Shown one piece after another: positions 9,999-19,824 of a DNA stretch of 64,000 nucleotides. Under the pieces are notes generated by a model. It had not been told where the DNA came from. It did not search any database and was given only the letters and a program-made list of their open reading frames with translations. Location: positions 64,001 through 128,000 of the forward strand of contig CAXXVD010000002.1 in NCBI GenBank assembly GCA_963662335.2, given 5' to 3'. The stretch's first letter is position 1. The number at the start of each line of letters is the position of its first letter. Source of the stretch: Chloroflexota bacterium (GTDB taxonomy: Bacteria; Chloroflexota; UBA11872; VXOZ01). The translations under genes and the position numbers were made by a program.

Positions 9999-10260
9999 GC
10001 CGCGCCCGCGGCTCCGGTTCCCTCTCCCTGGCTGACAGGGATAGGCAAATGTCATTCCGAGCGCAGCGAGGAATCTAGAGTTGCCGGCTCTGCGTGAGAG
10101 TGCCTTAGATTCCTCACTCCGCTGCGCTCCGTTCGGAATGACACGTGAAGTCGATTGTAGAATACCTGCCCCTGTCAGCCGGGGAGAGGGTTTGGGTGAG
10201 GGGGAAACTTCCCCAATCCGGCGGGGGACAAGCCCCCGCGCTACGAATTGCCGGCGCGCG

Positions 10261-10417
10261 CCGTTCGCCCTGAGCGCCGTCGAAGGGTGAACGGCGCGGC
10301 ACAGGCGAGACCAGTCCCACTCTTCGCTCGCATTCTCAGTTCATGCTTCGACAGGCTCAGCACGAACGGCGCGATTTGCCCTACGCCTCGTGCTTCGACA
10401 TTGCTCAGCACGAACGG
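10261..10417. repeat. Palindromic repeat family E (CCGTTCGCCCTGAGC..GTCGAAGGG / CTTCGACAGGCTCAGCACGAACGG); second cluster at 60161-60331
   Basis: Repeated inverted arms shared by two loci. Confidence 0.75.
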
Positions 10418-12201
10418 AAGATCTCGCCCGGCCCCCAGTCGAAGTCCGCCGGCCGGCTGGACGAGAGCGAGAAGAAGGGCAATTCCGGCTCCGCGCCGTC
10501 GCGCCACCAGAGGAAGCCGTCCCACTTGTACGTGGTCCAGCCGTGTTCCACCGGGCCGGGGATGAGGGTGGAGAGGTGGTTGTTGCGGAGAACCAGGCCG
10601 CAGAAGCGGTAGAGGCCCAGGGGCAGCATCTCTTCGATCCAGTCCGGGCCGATCTTCACCCGGCCGGCGTTGGCGCCGGCCACGACATCCAACTCGCCAA
10701 GCGCGCCGTCCCGCCAGGCGTCGTGGATTTCCAGCACGCCCAGCGGCGCGCCCGCCCGTGCCACGTGCGAATCGGTATCGGCGTCCAGCATCACCCACTT
10801 GGCGTGCGCGGCGCTCCAGATTTCCGCCACAAAGTGGCCGTTGGTGTGCAAGGTCGGCTCGGCGGACATCACCCAGAGGCGCGCCGTCCAGCCCAGCGCC
10901 AGCGCGCACTGCGCCAGGACCACCGCGTAGTGGGTGCAGTAGGCGTCCGGTTGCGGCTGGCCGTGGCCCCGGTCGGCGCGCATCCACGCCAGAATCGTCA
11001 GCGCGTCCCACGGGCAACAGCGGCGAAACTCGTGGGGCGCCCGGTGCGTCCACTGCACCGCCGTCCAGCTACGCAGCGCCAGCATCTGCTCCCATTGCGT
11101 CTTGGCGCCGGCGATGACGTCGTCAAGTCTCTCCTGACTTCGGAGAATACGCAGCTTAGGTTCCGCAGGATCTTGGTGGGTGAACGTGTAAGAAGGTGTG
11201 GCTTTGCTCTCAGCCCGAGACAGCGTGCCGGCGGGTTTTGTCTCGTTTGGACCGGCGTCTGTGGGAAGAAGCGCCACGCCGCGCAGAACGGGCGTCGCGC
11301 TACCATTGCTCGAACGCAGTTCTGCTTGCCACTGCACACAAGGGCCGGCGGGATGCGGTAACTCGGCTTGCGCGAATTCCTCATTCCCGCGCATTGCCGA
11401 CCCCGTATCTGATTCGGAACGGGAATCAACCTCCTCATCTGAACTCGCAGCGGCATTCACCGCGTCGAGCCAAGCTGTTTTCTCTACGTCTTGCAGCTTT
11501 CCAATGCGGTAGCGCAAGGCGACGCTCGTTCCAGCCGGCGTGTCGGCGTGCCAATGCAGGACGAGTGGGGCGGACTGAAATAGTGTATCCACGTCAAGTA
11601 CGGAACTCGTGATCGCCCCTCGCGCCGGATGCTCTCGCACGCGCAGACGCACCACGTACTCGCCGGACAACGCGCCTTCCAGACCGAATCCCGTTGTGTG
11701 CCACGACTGTCCCCCGTCCGTGCTCTTGTGGCTGTGCGCGTTGGGCACGCTGGTATCCACGGCCAGAATCCAGGCATTAGCGGCGGGGCTCTCGCAGGCA
11801 AAGCGGACGACATTTCCGCTATCAAGTAACGCATGCTGGGGTATTCTCACGTGGCGCCAGGCGAATTCTCCCGCCAGCGGCGTGTCAGGCCCCACGATCT
11901 GGCTGTGACCGTTCACGCTAACCAGCAGCGGCCAGCGGTTGTCCGGCTCCTCACGGGCGTAAAAGTAGCAGTCGGCCCACTCGGGACGAGTCTCGGCCAA
12001 GTCAAAGCACACTTCAGCCTGGACGTGTTGGAAGAGTTCCTCCCCGTGCTGGGTGGAAAACGCGCCGGGCTCGTGCGTTATCAAGTGGCTGGCGGCAAGG
12101 CCCACCGCGCCGTCATCGCCTATGGCAATGCCGCCGTCCCTGGCGCAGGTGTCCCAGTCAGCCGGGTCAGACCAAATCAATGTGTGCGAGCGCGTTGACA
12201 T
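10405..12201 (-). CDS. Transglutaminase-like domain protein with beta-rich N-terminal region
   Basis: C-terminal YCTHYA / GHFVAEIW / KWVMLD Cys-His-Asp triad. Confidence 0.8.
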   Translation of the reverse strand: MSTRSHTLIWSDPADWDTCARDGGIAIGDDGAVGLAASHLITHEPGAFSTQHGEELFQHVQAEVCFDLAETRPEWADCYFYAREEPDNRWPLLVSVNGHSQIVGPDTPLAGEFAWRHVRIPQHALLDSGNVVRFACESPAANAWILAVDTSVPNAHSHKSTDGGQSWHTTGFGLEGALSGEYVVRLRVREHPARGAITSSVLDVDTLFQSAPLVLHWHADTPAGTSVALRYRIGKLQDVEKTAWLDAVNAAASSDEEVDSRSESDTGSAMRGNEEFAQAELPHPAGPCVQWQAELRSSNGSATPVLRGVALLPTDAGPNETKPAGTLSRAESKATPSYTFTHQDPAEPKLRILRSQERLDDVIAGAKTQWEQMLALRSWTAVQWTHRAPHEFRRCCPWDALTILAWMRADRGHGQPQPDAYCTHYAVVLAQCALALGWTARLWVMSAEPTLHTNGHFVAEIWSAAHAKWVMLDADTDSHVARAGAPLGVLEIHDAWRDGALGELDVVAGANAGRVKIGPDWIEEMLPLGLYRFCGLVLRNNHLSTLIPGPVEHGWTTYKWDGFLWWRDGAEPELPFFSLSSSRPADFDWGPGEIFRSC

Positions 12202-12364
12202 GTCACGTCCTCATCCCATGCGGGGGACAAGCCCCCGCGCTACGCGGGCAAGGCAGCGCCCCTGTTTGCCTGCCATTGTATACGGAGCACGCGCTTGTAT
12301 GCCCACTACCAAACGAGTACAGTACATTGGCGGAGGACCGGACACGCATAACTAAGGAAAGCCA

Positions 12365-13687
12365 ATGGCAGCAGCCGTAATTGCGGACGTCGAGCAGGCC
12401 GTTGCCGCGCAGCCGGTCATCGACACCCACGAACACACCTTTTCCGAATCAGACCGGCGGCAAGACCAACTCGATCTGCTCTCTCCCACAATGCACCACT
12501 ACGTCGGCAGCGACCTGGTTTCCGCCGGCATGACGCCCGCCGAGCAGGCGCGCATGTACGACCAGGGCCGCGATCCCGCCGAGCGTTGGGACATCTTCCT
12601 GCGCTATTGGCAGTACGCGCGCACCACCGGCTACGGCAAGGCGCTGCACGTCGCGTGCCGCGACCTCTTTGGCGTGGACGACCTCATGTCGGCCGCGCCG
12701 TCGCTGGACGGCTACCGGCGCGTCACCGAGCAACTGGAAGCCTCCAAACGGCATGAGGCGTGGTACCGCTACGTGCTGCAGGAGCGCGGCAACATCGTGC
12801 TGGCGATTCCCGATGTGCAGTCCACTCAGGTTGACAAGACGCTCTTTGCGCCGGCCATGCGCTTCGATTCTTTTATAAGCGCGGGCAGCCGCAGCGACGT
12901 GGCGAAACTGGAGCGCCAGACCGGCCGGAGCATCCACGACCTCGCTGACCTCGTGTCCGCCCTGGGCGTCGCTTTTGCCACGGCCAAGGATGAGGGCATG
13001 GTGACCGTCAAGAGCGGGCTGGCGTACCGGCGCATCCTGCGCTACGACAACGCGGCGCGCACCGACGCGGAGCGGCTCTTTGCGCAGGCGGTCGCGGGCA
13101 CGCGGCCGCACGGCGGCGGCCTGGCGCAGGACGGCCTGAACTTCACCGAGGCCAAGCCGCTGCAGGACTACATGATGCACCAGGTGGTGCGGCTCTGCGT
13201 CGAGCACGGCGTTCCCATGCAAATCCACACCGGCCTGCACGCGGGCAACGGCAATATCATCACGAACAGCAATCCCGTGCACCTTGTCAACCTCTTCATC
13301 CAGTATCCCCAGGCGCGCTTCGACATCTTCCACGCCGGCTACCCGTACCAGAGCGAACTCGCCGCGCTGGCCAAGAACTTCCAGAACGTCTACGTGGACC
13401 TCTGCTGGGTGCACATCATCAGCCCCTACGTGGCGCGCGCGACGCTGCACGAGTGGCTGGAAACCATCCCCCACAACAAGATCTTCGGCTTTGGCGGCGA
13501 CTACGGGCCGGTGGAACTGGCCTACGCCCACTGCGTGATGGCGCGGGAGAATATCGCCCGGGTGCTGAGCGAGAAGGTGGAAGAAGGGCTCTATTCGGTG
13601 GAGCAGGCCGGCATCGTCGCGGCGCGGCTGCTGCACGACAATGCCAATGTGTTCTTTGGGCTTGAACGAGAGAACCACTGCCCGTAG
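12365..13687 (+). CDS. Amidohydrolase family protein (uronate-isomerase-like)
   Basis: IDTHEH, QIHTG, FHAGYP, FGGD motifs. Confidence 0.88.
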   Translation: MAAAVIADVEQAVAAQPVIDTHEHTFSESDRRQDQLDLLSPTMHHYVGSDLVSAGMTPAEQARMYDQGRDPAERWDIFLRYWQYARTTGYGKALHVACRDLFGVDDLMSAAPSLDGYRRVTEQLEASKRHEAWYRYVLQERGNIVLAIPDVQSTQVDKTLFAPAMRFDSFISAGSRSDVAKLERQTGRSIHDLADLVSALGVAFATAKDEGMVTVKSGLAYRRILRYDNAARTDAERLFAQAVAGTRPHGGGLAQDGLNFTEAKPLQDYMMHQVVRLCVEHGVPMQIHTGLHAGNGNIITNSNPVHLVNLFIQYPQARFDIFHAGYPYQSELAALAKNFQNVYVDLCWVHIISPYVARATLHEWLETIPHNKIFGFGGDYGPVELAYAHCVMARENIARVLSEKVEEGLYSVEQAGIVAARLLHDNANVFFGLERENHCP

Positions 13688-13853
13688 CACTGCGGTGTGG
13701 CTTCTTGGCCGTCATTCCGGCGAAAGCCGGAATCCAGGGCGCGCCCGACGAAGATGGATTCCGGCTTTCGCCGGAATGACGGAAAGATCGCTCTTTACAC
13801 CGGACGCGGCCCACTTTCACAACAGGGCCTATTCTCACGATAGGAGTCTCGTC

Positions 13854-15398
13854 GTGAGCGACGAAATCGGCAATCGCGGCAACGGCAGCGGCGCGCGCAA
13901 TCGGCCAAACGTCCTCTTCATCATGGCCGACCAGATGCGCTGGGACGTGCTGGGTTGCGCCGGCCATCCCATTTGCCGGACGCCCGTGCTGGACGCAATG
14001 GCGGCGCGCGGCGTGCGCTTCAGCAACTTCTACACGGCGGCCCCAACGTGCACCCCCGCCCGCTACTCGCTCTTCAGCGGACGGCACGTCCACGTCCATA
14101 ACGGTTGGAGCAACGGCTGGCCCACGCGGGACGGCGAAATCTTTCTTCCGTCTATCCTCAAGCACTACGGCTACGCGACGGCAATCGCCGGCAAACTGCA
14201 CTTCGCGCCCAAGGAAGAGTCATTCGGCTTCGACGACTTCCGCTCGTACCGCGCCGAGGGGCCGACGCCGGAACGCGGCTACGACGCCTATATGACGCGC
14301 AAGTACGGCGACGCCTACCAGCGCAATCGGATCGAAGAAGGCACGGCGTACAAGGGCGTCGGGCGTTTCGCCGACCCGCCGGAGGACTACGACACGAGTT
14401 GGATTACGGCGCAGAGCATCGAGGCCCTGGATTTGCTGGCGCAGAGTGGCAAGCCGTGGTTTCTCTTTGCCAGCTATCACGATCCCCACTCGCCGTTCGT
14501 CGAGCCGGAGCCGTACTTCTCCATGTATGAGCGGGAATCCATTCCGTTGCGGCCCATTCCGCCGGAGAATCGCCGGCTGCGCCGGGACGCGCGCGGCACC
14601 CAGGAACGGGCGCACGTGATCGACGATCCGGAAATCGTGCAAGCGATTACGGCGGTGTACTATGGGTCAACCACCCACGTAGACCATGACGCCGGCATTC
14701 TCTTGGACGCGCTCGCGGAACGCGGCCTGGCGGACAACACGATTGTCCTCTTCCTTTCCGACCACGGCGACATGATGGGCGACCGCGGCCGGATGAATAA
14801 ACAGGTGATGTACGAAGGCGCGGCGCACGTGCCGTTGGTGATGCAGATCCCGGAGTCCATCCACCCGGCGCTGGCGCCGGGCCGCGTGGTGGACGAGATC
14901 ACCGGCCACGTGGACATTCTGCCAACCGTGCTCGACCTCTGCGGCCTACCCATTCCCCAGGGCATGCAGGGCAAGAGCCTCGTGCCGTTGTGCGCCGGCA
15001 ACGCCGCCGGTTGGCCCAATGAGGCGTTCGCGGCGGTGCGGGCCGCGCCGTTCGTGCGCCAGGAAGCGTACATGGTCGGCAAGAAGCGCATGCTGCGCAC
15101 GCCGGCGTACAAACTGATCGACTACGGCGCGGACTTCCGTACGCAGTGGGAACTCTTCAACATGGCCGACGACCCGGGTGAGACGCGCAATCTCGCCAAC
15201 GATACGGGGTGCCGTTCCGTGCTGCGCGCGCTGGCGGCGCGGCTGGATGCGTTGCAGGCGGAAGCGCCCCCGCCGGTGCGGGTGCCCGGTATGCCCACAC
15301 CGAGCTATGCGTACGTTCCTGCGGAACGCCGGGCGGCAATGCACGCGGCGTGGGAAGCGAACATGCGCCGTTCGGCGGCGCGGCGCTGGCCGCAGTAA
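13854..15398 (+). CDS. Sulfatase (formylglycine-type), copy 1
   Basis: PNVLFIMADQMR, CTPAR, GKLH, SDHGD; GTG 13854 follows AGGAG; the track's N-terminal extension crosses repeat B. Confidence 0.92.
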   Translation: MSDEIGNRGNGSGARNRPNVLFIMADQMRWDVLGCAGHPICRTPVLDAMAARGVRFSNFYTAAPTCTPARYSLFSGRHVHVHNGWSNGWPTRDGEIFLPSILKHYGYATAIAGKLHFAPKEESFGFDDFRSYRAEGPTPERGYDAYMTRKYGDAYQRNRIEEGTAYKGVGRFADPPEDYDTSWITAQSIEALDLLAQSGKPWFLFASYHDPHSPFVEPEPYFSMYERESIPLRPIPPENRRLRRDARGTQERAHVIDDPEIVQAITAVYYGSTTHVDHDAGILLDALAERGLADNTIVLFLSDHGDMMGDRGRMNKQVMYEGAAHVPLVMQIPESIHPALAPGRVVDEITGHVDILPTVLDLCGLPIPQGMQGKSLVPLCAGNAAGWPNEAFAAVRAAPFVRQEAYMVGKKRMLRTPAYKLIDYGADFRTQWELFNMADDPGETRNLANDTGCRSVLRALAARLDALQAEAPPPVRVPGMPTPSYAYVPAERRAAMHAAWEANMRRSAARRWPQ

Positions 15399-15482
15399 TT
15401 CGGCTATTCTGTGAAAACCGGCCCGCGCTTGGGCGCGGGACTCGCGTCAGAGCAAGTTTGCAATCCGCTGAGGAGTCGCATC

Positions 15483-17045
15483 GTGAACGACCGCTCCGGC
15501 ATTGGGCATAGCGAGAGTGGGGGCGCAGCGCGGCTGCCAAATGTGCTCTTGCTCATGGCCGACCAGATGCGTTGGGACGTGCTGGGGTGCGCCGGGCATC
15601 CCATCTGCAAGACACCGGCGCTGGACGCTATGGCGGCGCGCGGCGCGCGCTTCGCCAATTTCTACAGCGCCGCGCCGATTTGCACGCCGGCCCGCTATTC
15701 GGTCTTCAACGGCCGCCACGTCCCCGTCCACGAAGGTTGGTGGAACGGCCTGCCGACGCGGGACGGCGAAATCTTCCTGCCTTCCATCCTGCGGCACTAC
15801 GGCTACGCCACCGCCATCGCCGGCAAACTGCACTTCGACCCCAAGGAGGACCCGTTCGGCTTCGACGACTTCCGCACCTTTCGCGCCGAAGGTCCCACGC
15901 CGGAGCGGGGCTACGAAGCCTACATGAAGGGGAAATACGGCAAGTTGGACCGCGACCGCATCGAAGCGGGCACCTGCCCCTGGCCGGACGACCCCCACGG
16001 CCGGGGCGTGGGGCTGTTCGCCGACCCGCTGGAAGACATTGATACAAGCTGGATTACGCGCCAGACGCTGGAGGCGCTCGACCTGCTGGAGCAGAGCGGC
16101 AAGCCGTGGTTCCTCTTTGCCAGCTACCACGACCCCCACTCGCCGTTCGTCGAGCCGGAGCCGTACTACTCGATGTACGACCGCGAAGCGATTCCGCTGC
16201 GCGAGATTCCGCCGGAAATCGGCCGCCTGCGCCGGGACGCGCGCGGTTCGCAGGAGGTCAACCACCTCATCGACGATCCCGAAATGCTGCGCGAAATCAC
16301 AGCCATCTACTACGCGGCCACCACCCACGTGGACCACGACATTGGCATCGTCCTGGCCGAACTCGACAAGCGCGGCCTGACGGATAACACCATCATCATG
16401 TTCATGTCGGACCACGGCGACATGATGGGCGACCACGGCCGCATGTACAAGCAGGCGATGTACGAAGGCGCGGTGCACGTGCCGCTGATCGTGCAGGTTC
16501 CTGAATCCGTGCGCCCGGGGCTGACGCCGGGCCGGGTGGTGGATGAAGTCACCGGGCACGTGGACATCGTGCCGACCGTGCTCGACCTCTGCGGATTGCC
16601 GGTTCCGGAGGGCGTGCAGGGCAAGAGCCTGGCGCAACTGTGCGCCGGCAAGACCGCCGGTTGGCCCAACGAGGCGTTCTCGTGGATGCTCGGCGTGCCG
16701 CATACGCGCCAGGAAGCCTACATGCTCGGCACCAAGCTCATGCTGCGCACGCCGGCGTACAAGCTGATCGACTACGGCGCGGAATTCCACACGCGCTGGG
16801 CGCTCTACGACATGGCCGCCGACCCCGGCGAGACGCGCAATCTGGCCGGCGACCCGGCGCACGCCGCCGTGCTGCAGGCGCTGGCGGAGCGCCTGGCTGC
16901 ATGGCAGCATGAAACGCCGCCAGCAATGCGCGTCCCCGGCATGGCCACGCCCAGCTATTCCTACCTGAGTGAGGAGCGGCGGGCGGCATTCACGCGGGCG
17001 TGGGACGACGGCCTGCGCCGCCAGGCCCGTTGGCGTTGGCAATGA
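15483..17045 (+). CDS. Sulfatase (formylglycine-type), tandem paralog
   Basis: Same motifs as copy 1 and closely similar sequence; GTG 15483 follows GAGGAG. Confidence 0.92.
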   Translation: MNDRSGIGHSESGGAARLPNVLLLMADQMRWDVLGCAGHPICKTPALDAMAARGARFANFYSAAPICTPARYSVFNGRHVPVHEGWWNGLPTRDGEIFLPSILRHYGYATAIAGKLHFDPKEDPFGFDDFRTFRAEGPTPERGYEAYMKGKYGKLDRDRIEAGTCPWPDDPHGRGVGLFADPLEDIDTSWITRQTLEALDLLEQSGKPWFLFASYHDPHSPFVEPEPYYSMYDREAIPLREIPPEIGRLRRDARGSQEVNHLIDDPEMLREITAIYYAATTHVDHDIGIVLAELDKRGLTDNTIIMFMSDHGDMMGDHGRMYKQAMYEGAVHVPLIVQVPESVRPGLTPGRVVDEVTGHVDIVPTVLDLCGLPVPEGVQGKSLAQLCAGKTAGWPNEAFSWMLGVPHTRQEAYMLGTKLMLRTPAYKLIDYGAEFHTRWALYDMAADPGETRNLAGDPAHAAVLQALAERLAAWQHETPPAMRVPGMATPSYSYLSEERRAAFTRAWDDGLRRQARWRWQ

Positions 17046-17277
17046 TTGCGGCATGTCCCGCCGAGTACATGATTCACAACCGAGGACTTCCCCAAAGGCG
17101 GGAACGCGCGGTCTGAAGTGCGCAGCGCCGTTGACCACACGTGTAGAGAAATGCGGCGCTTTCAGGCGTGAGTCGCTGCGAAGGGCGGCAGGTTGCCGCA
17201 CGGAAGAGGGCCAAACGCTAGAAATCAGAAAACACCCTGCGAGAGGGGCAGGGGATCTGTCACTCTGTTCCAATACT

Positions 17278-17879
17278 CTATCTGACTTCAGGCGCCGCGG
17301 ACTCCAATTGTCGTCTGAGCAAGGTCGTCGTCAAGGTGATCAAAGGCTCGAAGTTACCATTGTCAGCCATTCGGAGCCCAGCGACGTATTCATCGTGCCT
17401 AAGCCTGAACTGCTCTGGCAGGATGGGTTGCCCGGCAATACCAGCCCCATGCTTGTACTGATGATGTAGTAGCAGACCGCTCGCGCTGTGCGGCCATTGC
17501 CGTTGACGAAGGGGTGAATACGGTTAAGTCCCCATAGAGCATACGCGGCTACCGTCACGAATGCCGTTGACTCCCATAGTCTGTTAGTAGTATCGACGAA
17601 TTCCGCCATCAAGTCCGGCACTTCGGTGTGGTCTGGCAAGTCCAGATTTCCAACCGTGACTTGAACTGGACGGTATATCCCTGCCTCCATGTGCAGTCCG
17701 GCAATTGCGTGGAAGTTGATGGCTTTGATGAGGGCTTGGGTAAGTTCGCGCCTGCCCGTCTTGATTGCGGCGTCGATCATGGAAAGGAGGAATTCGTAGT
17801 GCCTGCTACCGTTAGCCGCCTCCACTTCCATGTACAGTGGATCGTCCTGATCCAATCCGATGGCGCCAAACTGTTCCAT
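17278..17879 (-). pseudogene. Fic family protein with a frameshift near 17426
   Basis: HPFVNGNGRTAR motif; an alternate frame continues ILPEQFRLRHDEYVAGLRMADNGNFEPL to TAG at 17278-17280. Confidence 0.75.
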
Positions 17880-17888
17880 GGCAAATCA

Positions 17889-18119
17889 CTACCAGCAGCG
17901 GCGCTTTTCGAGATACTGAATGACCTCCTCGCGCGTCATGGTGCTTTTCGAGCTAACGGTGCCGAGAACGAAGGAAATCAACTGTTCCCGGCGCTGCTCG
18001 GGCGTCATTTCACCGGCGCCCTTCACTGCGTTCCGCAACTCCTCTTCGGTTATGCCAGGATCGATGGACTGCAGTAAGTCCGCAATCTTCTCACTGCTAT
18101 CCTTGATAAGTGCCGGCAT
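17889..18119 (-). CDS. Small protein upstream of Fic, putative antitoxin
   Basis: 76 aa, GGAGGAG RBS, 9 bp before the Fic start. Confidence 0.7.
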   Translation of the reverse strand: MPALIKDSSEKIADLLQSIDPGITEEELRNAVKGAGEMTPEQRREQLISFVLGTVSSKSTMTREEVIQYLEKRRCW

Positions 18120-18432
18120 ACACTACTCCTCCCGAAGCTACAGACATCGCATCGTAACGCTATGCTCATATAATCGCACATTTCTGCGCAAATCAGAAGG
18201 GGTTGACTTGAGTGTGAAACGCACACACTCCCTATAGCGACGTATATGCAGGATCGGTGTTCGCTAGGCGCTTTTCGGGCTCGTCTTGCGCCGAGGACGT
18301 GCTTACCCGCGGCATTGTGACCTGGGCGCCGCCTGCCAATCTGCTACCCTTGACATTAATTCGACATTGTCCAAGATTTAGAACACGTCACTCAAAGTAG
18401 ATTAGCCGCAACGCAGCACATGAGGAGTCACT

Positions 18433-19482
18433 ATGCGCGCGCTATATGCAAACAATCGCGGTGAGACATTTCTCAAGGAAGTGCCCGACCCCGCATTGGG
18501 AGAATCTGGAGTCCTGATAGAAACCACCGTCTCCGTGCTGGGCACCGGCTCGGAGGTCGGCGGCGTGGCCGGCGCGCGCCGCGCCGCGCAAGCGGGGAAC
18601 GCGCCGGACGACGTGCGCGAGCGGCCCATGAGCTACCAATCGGCGGGCCGGGTGGTGGCCGTCACGCCGGACTTGCAGTCGCACTACGCGCCGGGCGACC
18701 GGGTGGTGGCGGTGGGCGGCGGCTTTGCGCCCCATGCCGAGCGCGCGTTCGTCATCCGCCACAACTTTGCCAAGATCCCGGACGGCCTGGACACGGCGGA
18801 TGCCGCCACCGCCAATATCGGCCTCACCGCGCTCCACGCCCTGCGCCGCGCGCAGTTTCTGCCGGGCGAGACTGCCGCCGTCATCGGCCTGGGGCTGGTG
18901 GGCCAGATGATCGGTCAGATGGTGCGCATGACGGGCGGCCGCGCCATCGGCATCGACCTCATCTCGTTTCGCCTAGAAAAGGCGCGGGAACTGGGAATCG
19001 ACCTGACCCTGCACGGCACTGCGGACGAACTGGCCGCGGCGGTGGCGGACTACACCTGCGGCCTGGGCGTGGACGTCTCGTTCGTGGCGGCCGGCGGCGG
19101 GCCGGTGCCGGGACGCTTGGGCGTGCGCCTGGTGCGGCCCAGCGGGCGCGTGATGATGATTGGCGGCCTGGTGCCGGACTTCACCGTGAGCCACCCGGAC
19201 GCCAATCCCCACACCAAGGAAATCGACATTCGCTGGGTCTTTGGCCGCGGCCCCGGCAGCCGCGACCAGGACTACCTGCACGCCCGCGCCGACTACCCCA
19301 ACCGTTTCGTCCAGTGGGACCAGGAGCGCAATCTCAACGCGCTGCTCCACATGCAGGCCAGCGGCCAGGTGAACGTCGGCCCGCTGCTCACCCACCGCTT
19401 CCCGTTCAGCGAAGCGCCACGAGCGGTAGATCTCCTGATCGACCACCCCGATGAGGCCCTGGCGGTGGCGCTGGAGTATTGA
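18433..19482 (+). CDS. MDR-family (zinc-type) dehydrogenase
   Basis: GTGSE, SYQSAGRV, GLGLVG Rossmann motif, LLTHRFPF. Confidence 0.85.
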   Translation: MRALYANNRGETFLKEVPDPALGESGVLIETTVSVLGTGSEVGGVAGARRAAQAGNAPDDVRERPMSYQSAGRVVAVTPDLQSHYAPGDRVVAVGGGFAPHAERAFVIRHNFAKIPDGLDTADAATANIGLTALHALRRAQFLPGETAAVIGLGLVGQMIGQMVRMTGGRAIGIDLISFRLEKARELGIDLTLHGTADELAAAVADYTCGLGVDVSFVAAGGGPVPGRLGVRLVRPSGRVMMIGGLVPDFTVSHPDANPHTKEIDIRWVFGRGPGSRDQDYLHARADYPNRFVQWDQERNLNALLHMQASGQVNVGPLLTHRFPFSEAPRAVDLLIDHPDEALAVALEY

Positions 19483-19513
19483 GCGCACTGAAGCACTACT
19501 GCTCCGCCATTAG

Positions 19514-19588
19514 ACGCTTGATGCAGATTGGTTTAGCCATTGAAGCGCGTGGCCAATGCCAGCGGTGGACGACCGAGGTGCCGGATCC
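19514..19588 (-). mobile_element. IS982-like 3'-end fragment
   Basis: Matches 54816-54890, including the terminal repeat ACGCTTGATGCAGATT. Confidence 0.75.
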
Positions 19589-19824
19589 GGGCGTTTCAAT
19601 GCTTATGTTGCGATATAGGAAACTACAATGTTAAGAACGTTCTGCAAATACCGCCAAAATAGACGATAAATTACATAATAAAGGTTGCATTCTTCGGATT
19701 CATGGTCTATACTACCTTCTAGGTTTGATTTTCTAAACATGCAGTTAGGAGGACTCGATGCTACGTCGCGACGGAGCGGCGGTGTGCGCGGCCGCGCCCG
19801 CACAGAGACTGGGAAGGGGCGCCA

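Noticed and set aside
13641-13853. N-terminal extension of sulfatase 1 (likewise track starts at 8781, 39795, 52292, 54387, 61249)
   Set aside because: Extensions run through repeats, IS remnants or neighbouring genes; downstream starts fit RBSs or paralogs better
15447-17273. Long antisense ORFs (e.g. 608 aa here, 507 aa at 3048, 473 aa at 5270, 455 aa at 58217)
   Set aside because: Shadow frames of high-GC genes with no motifs
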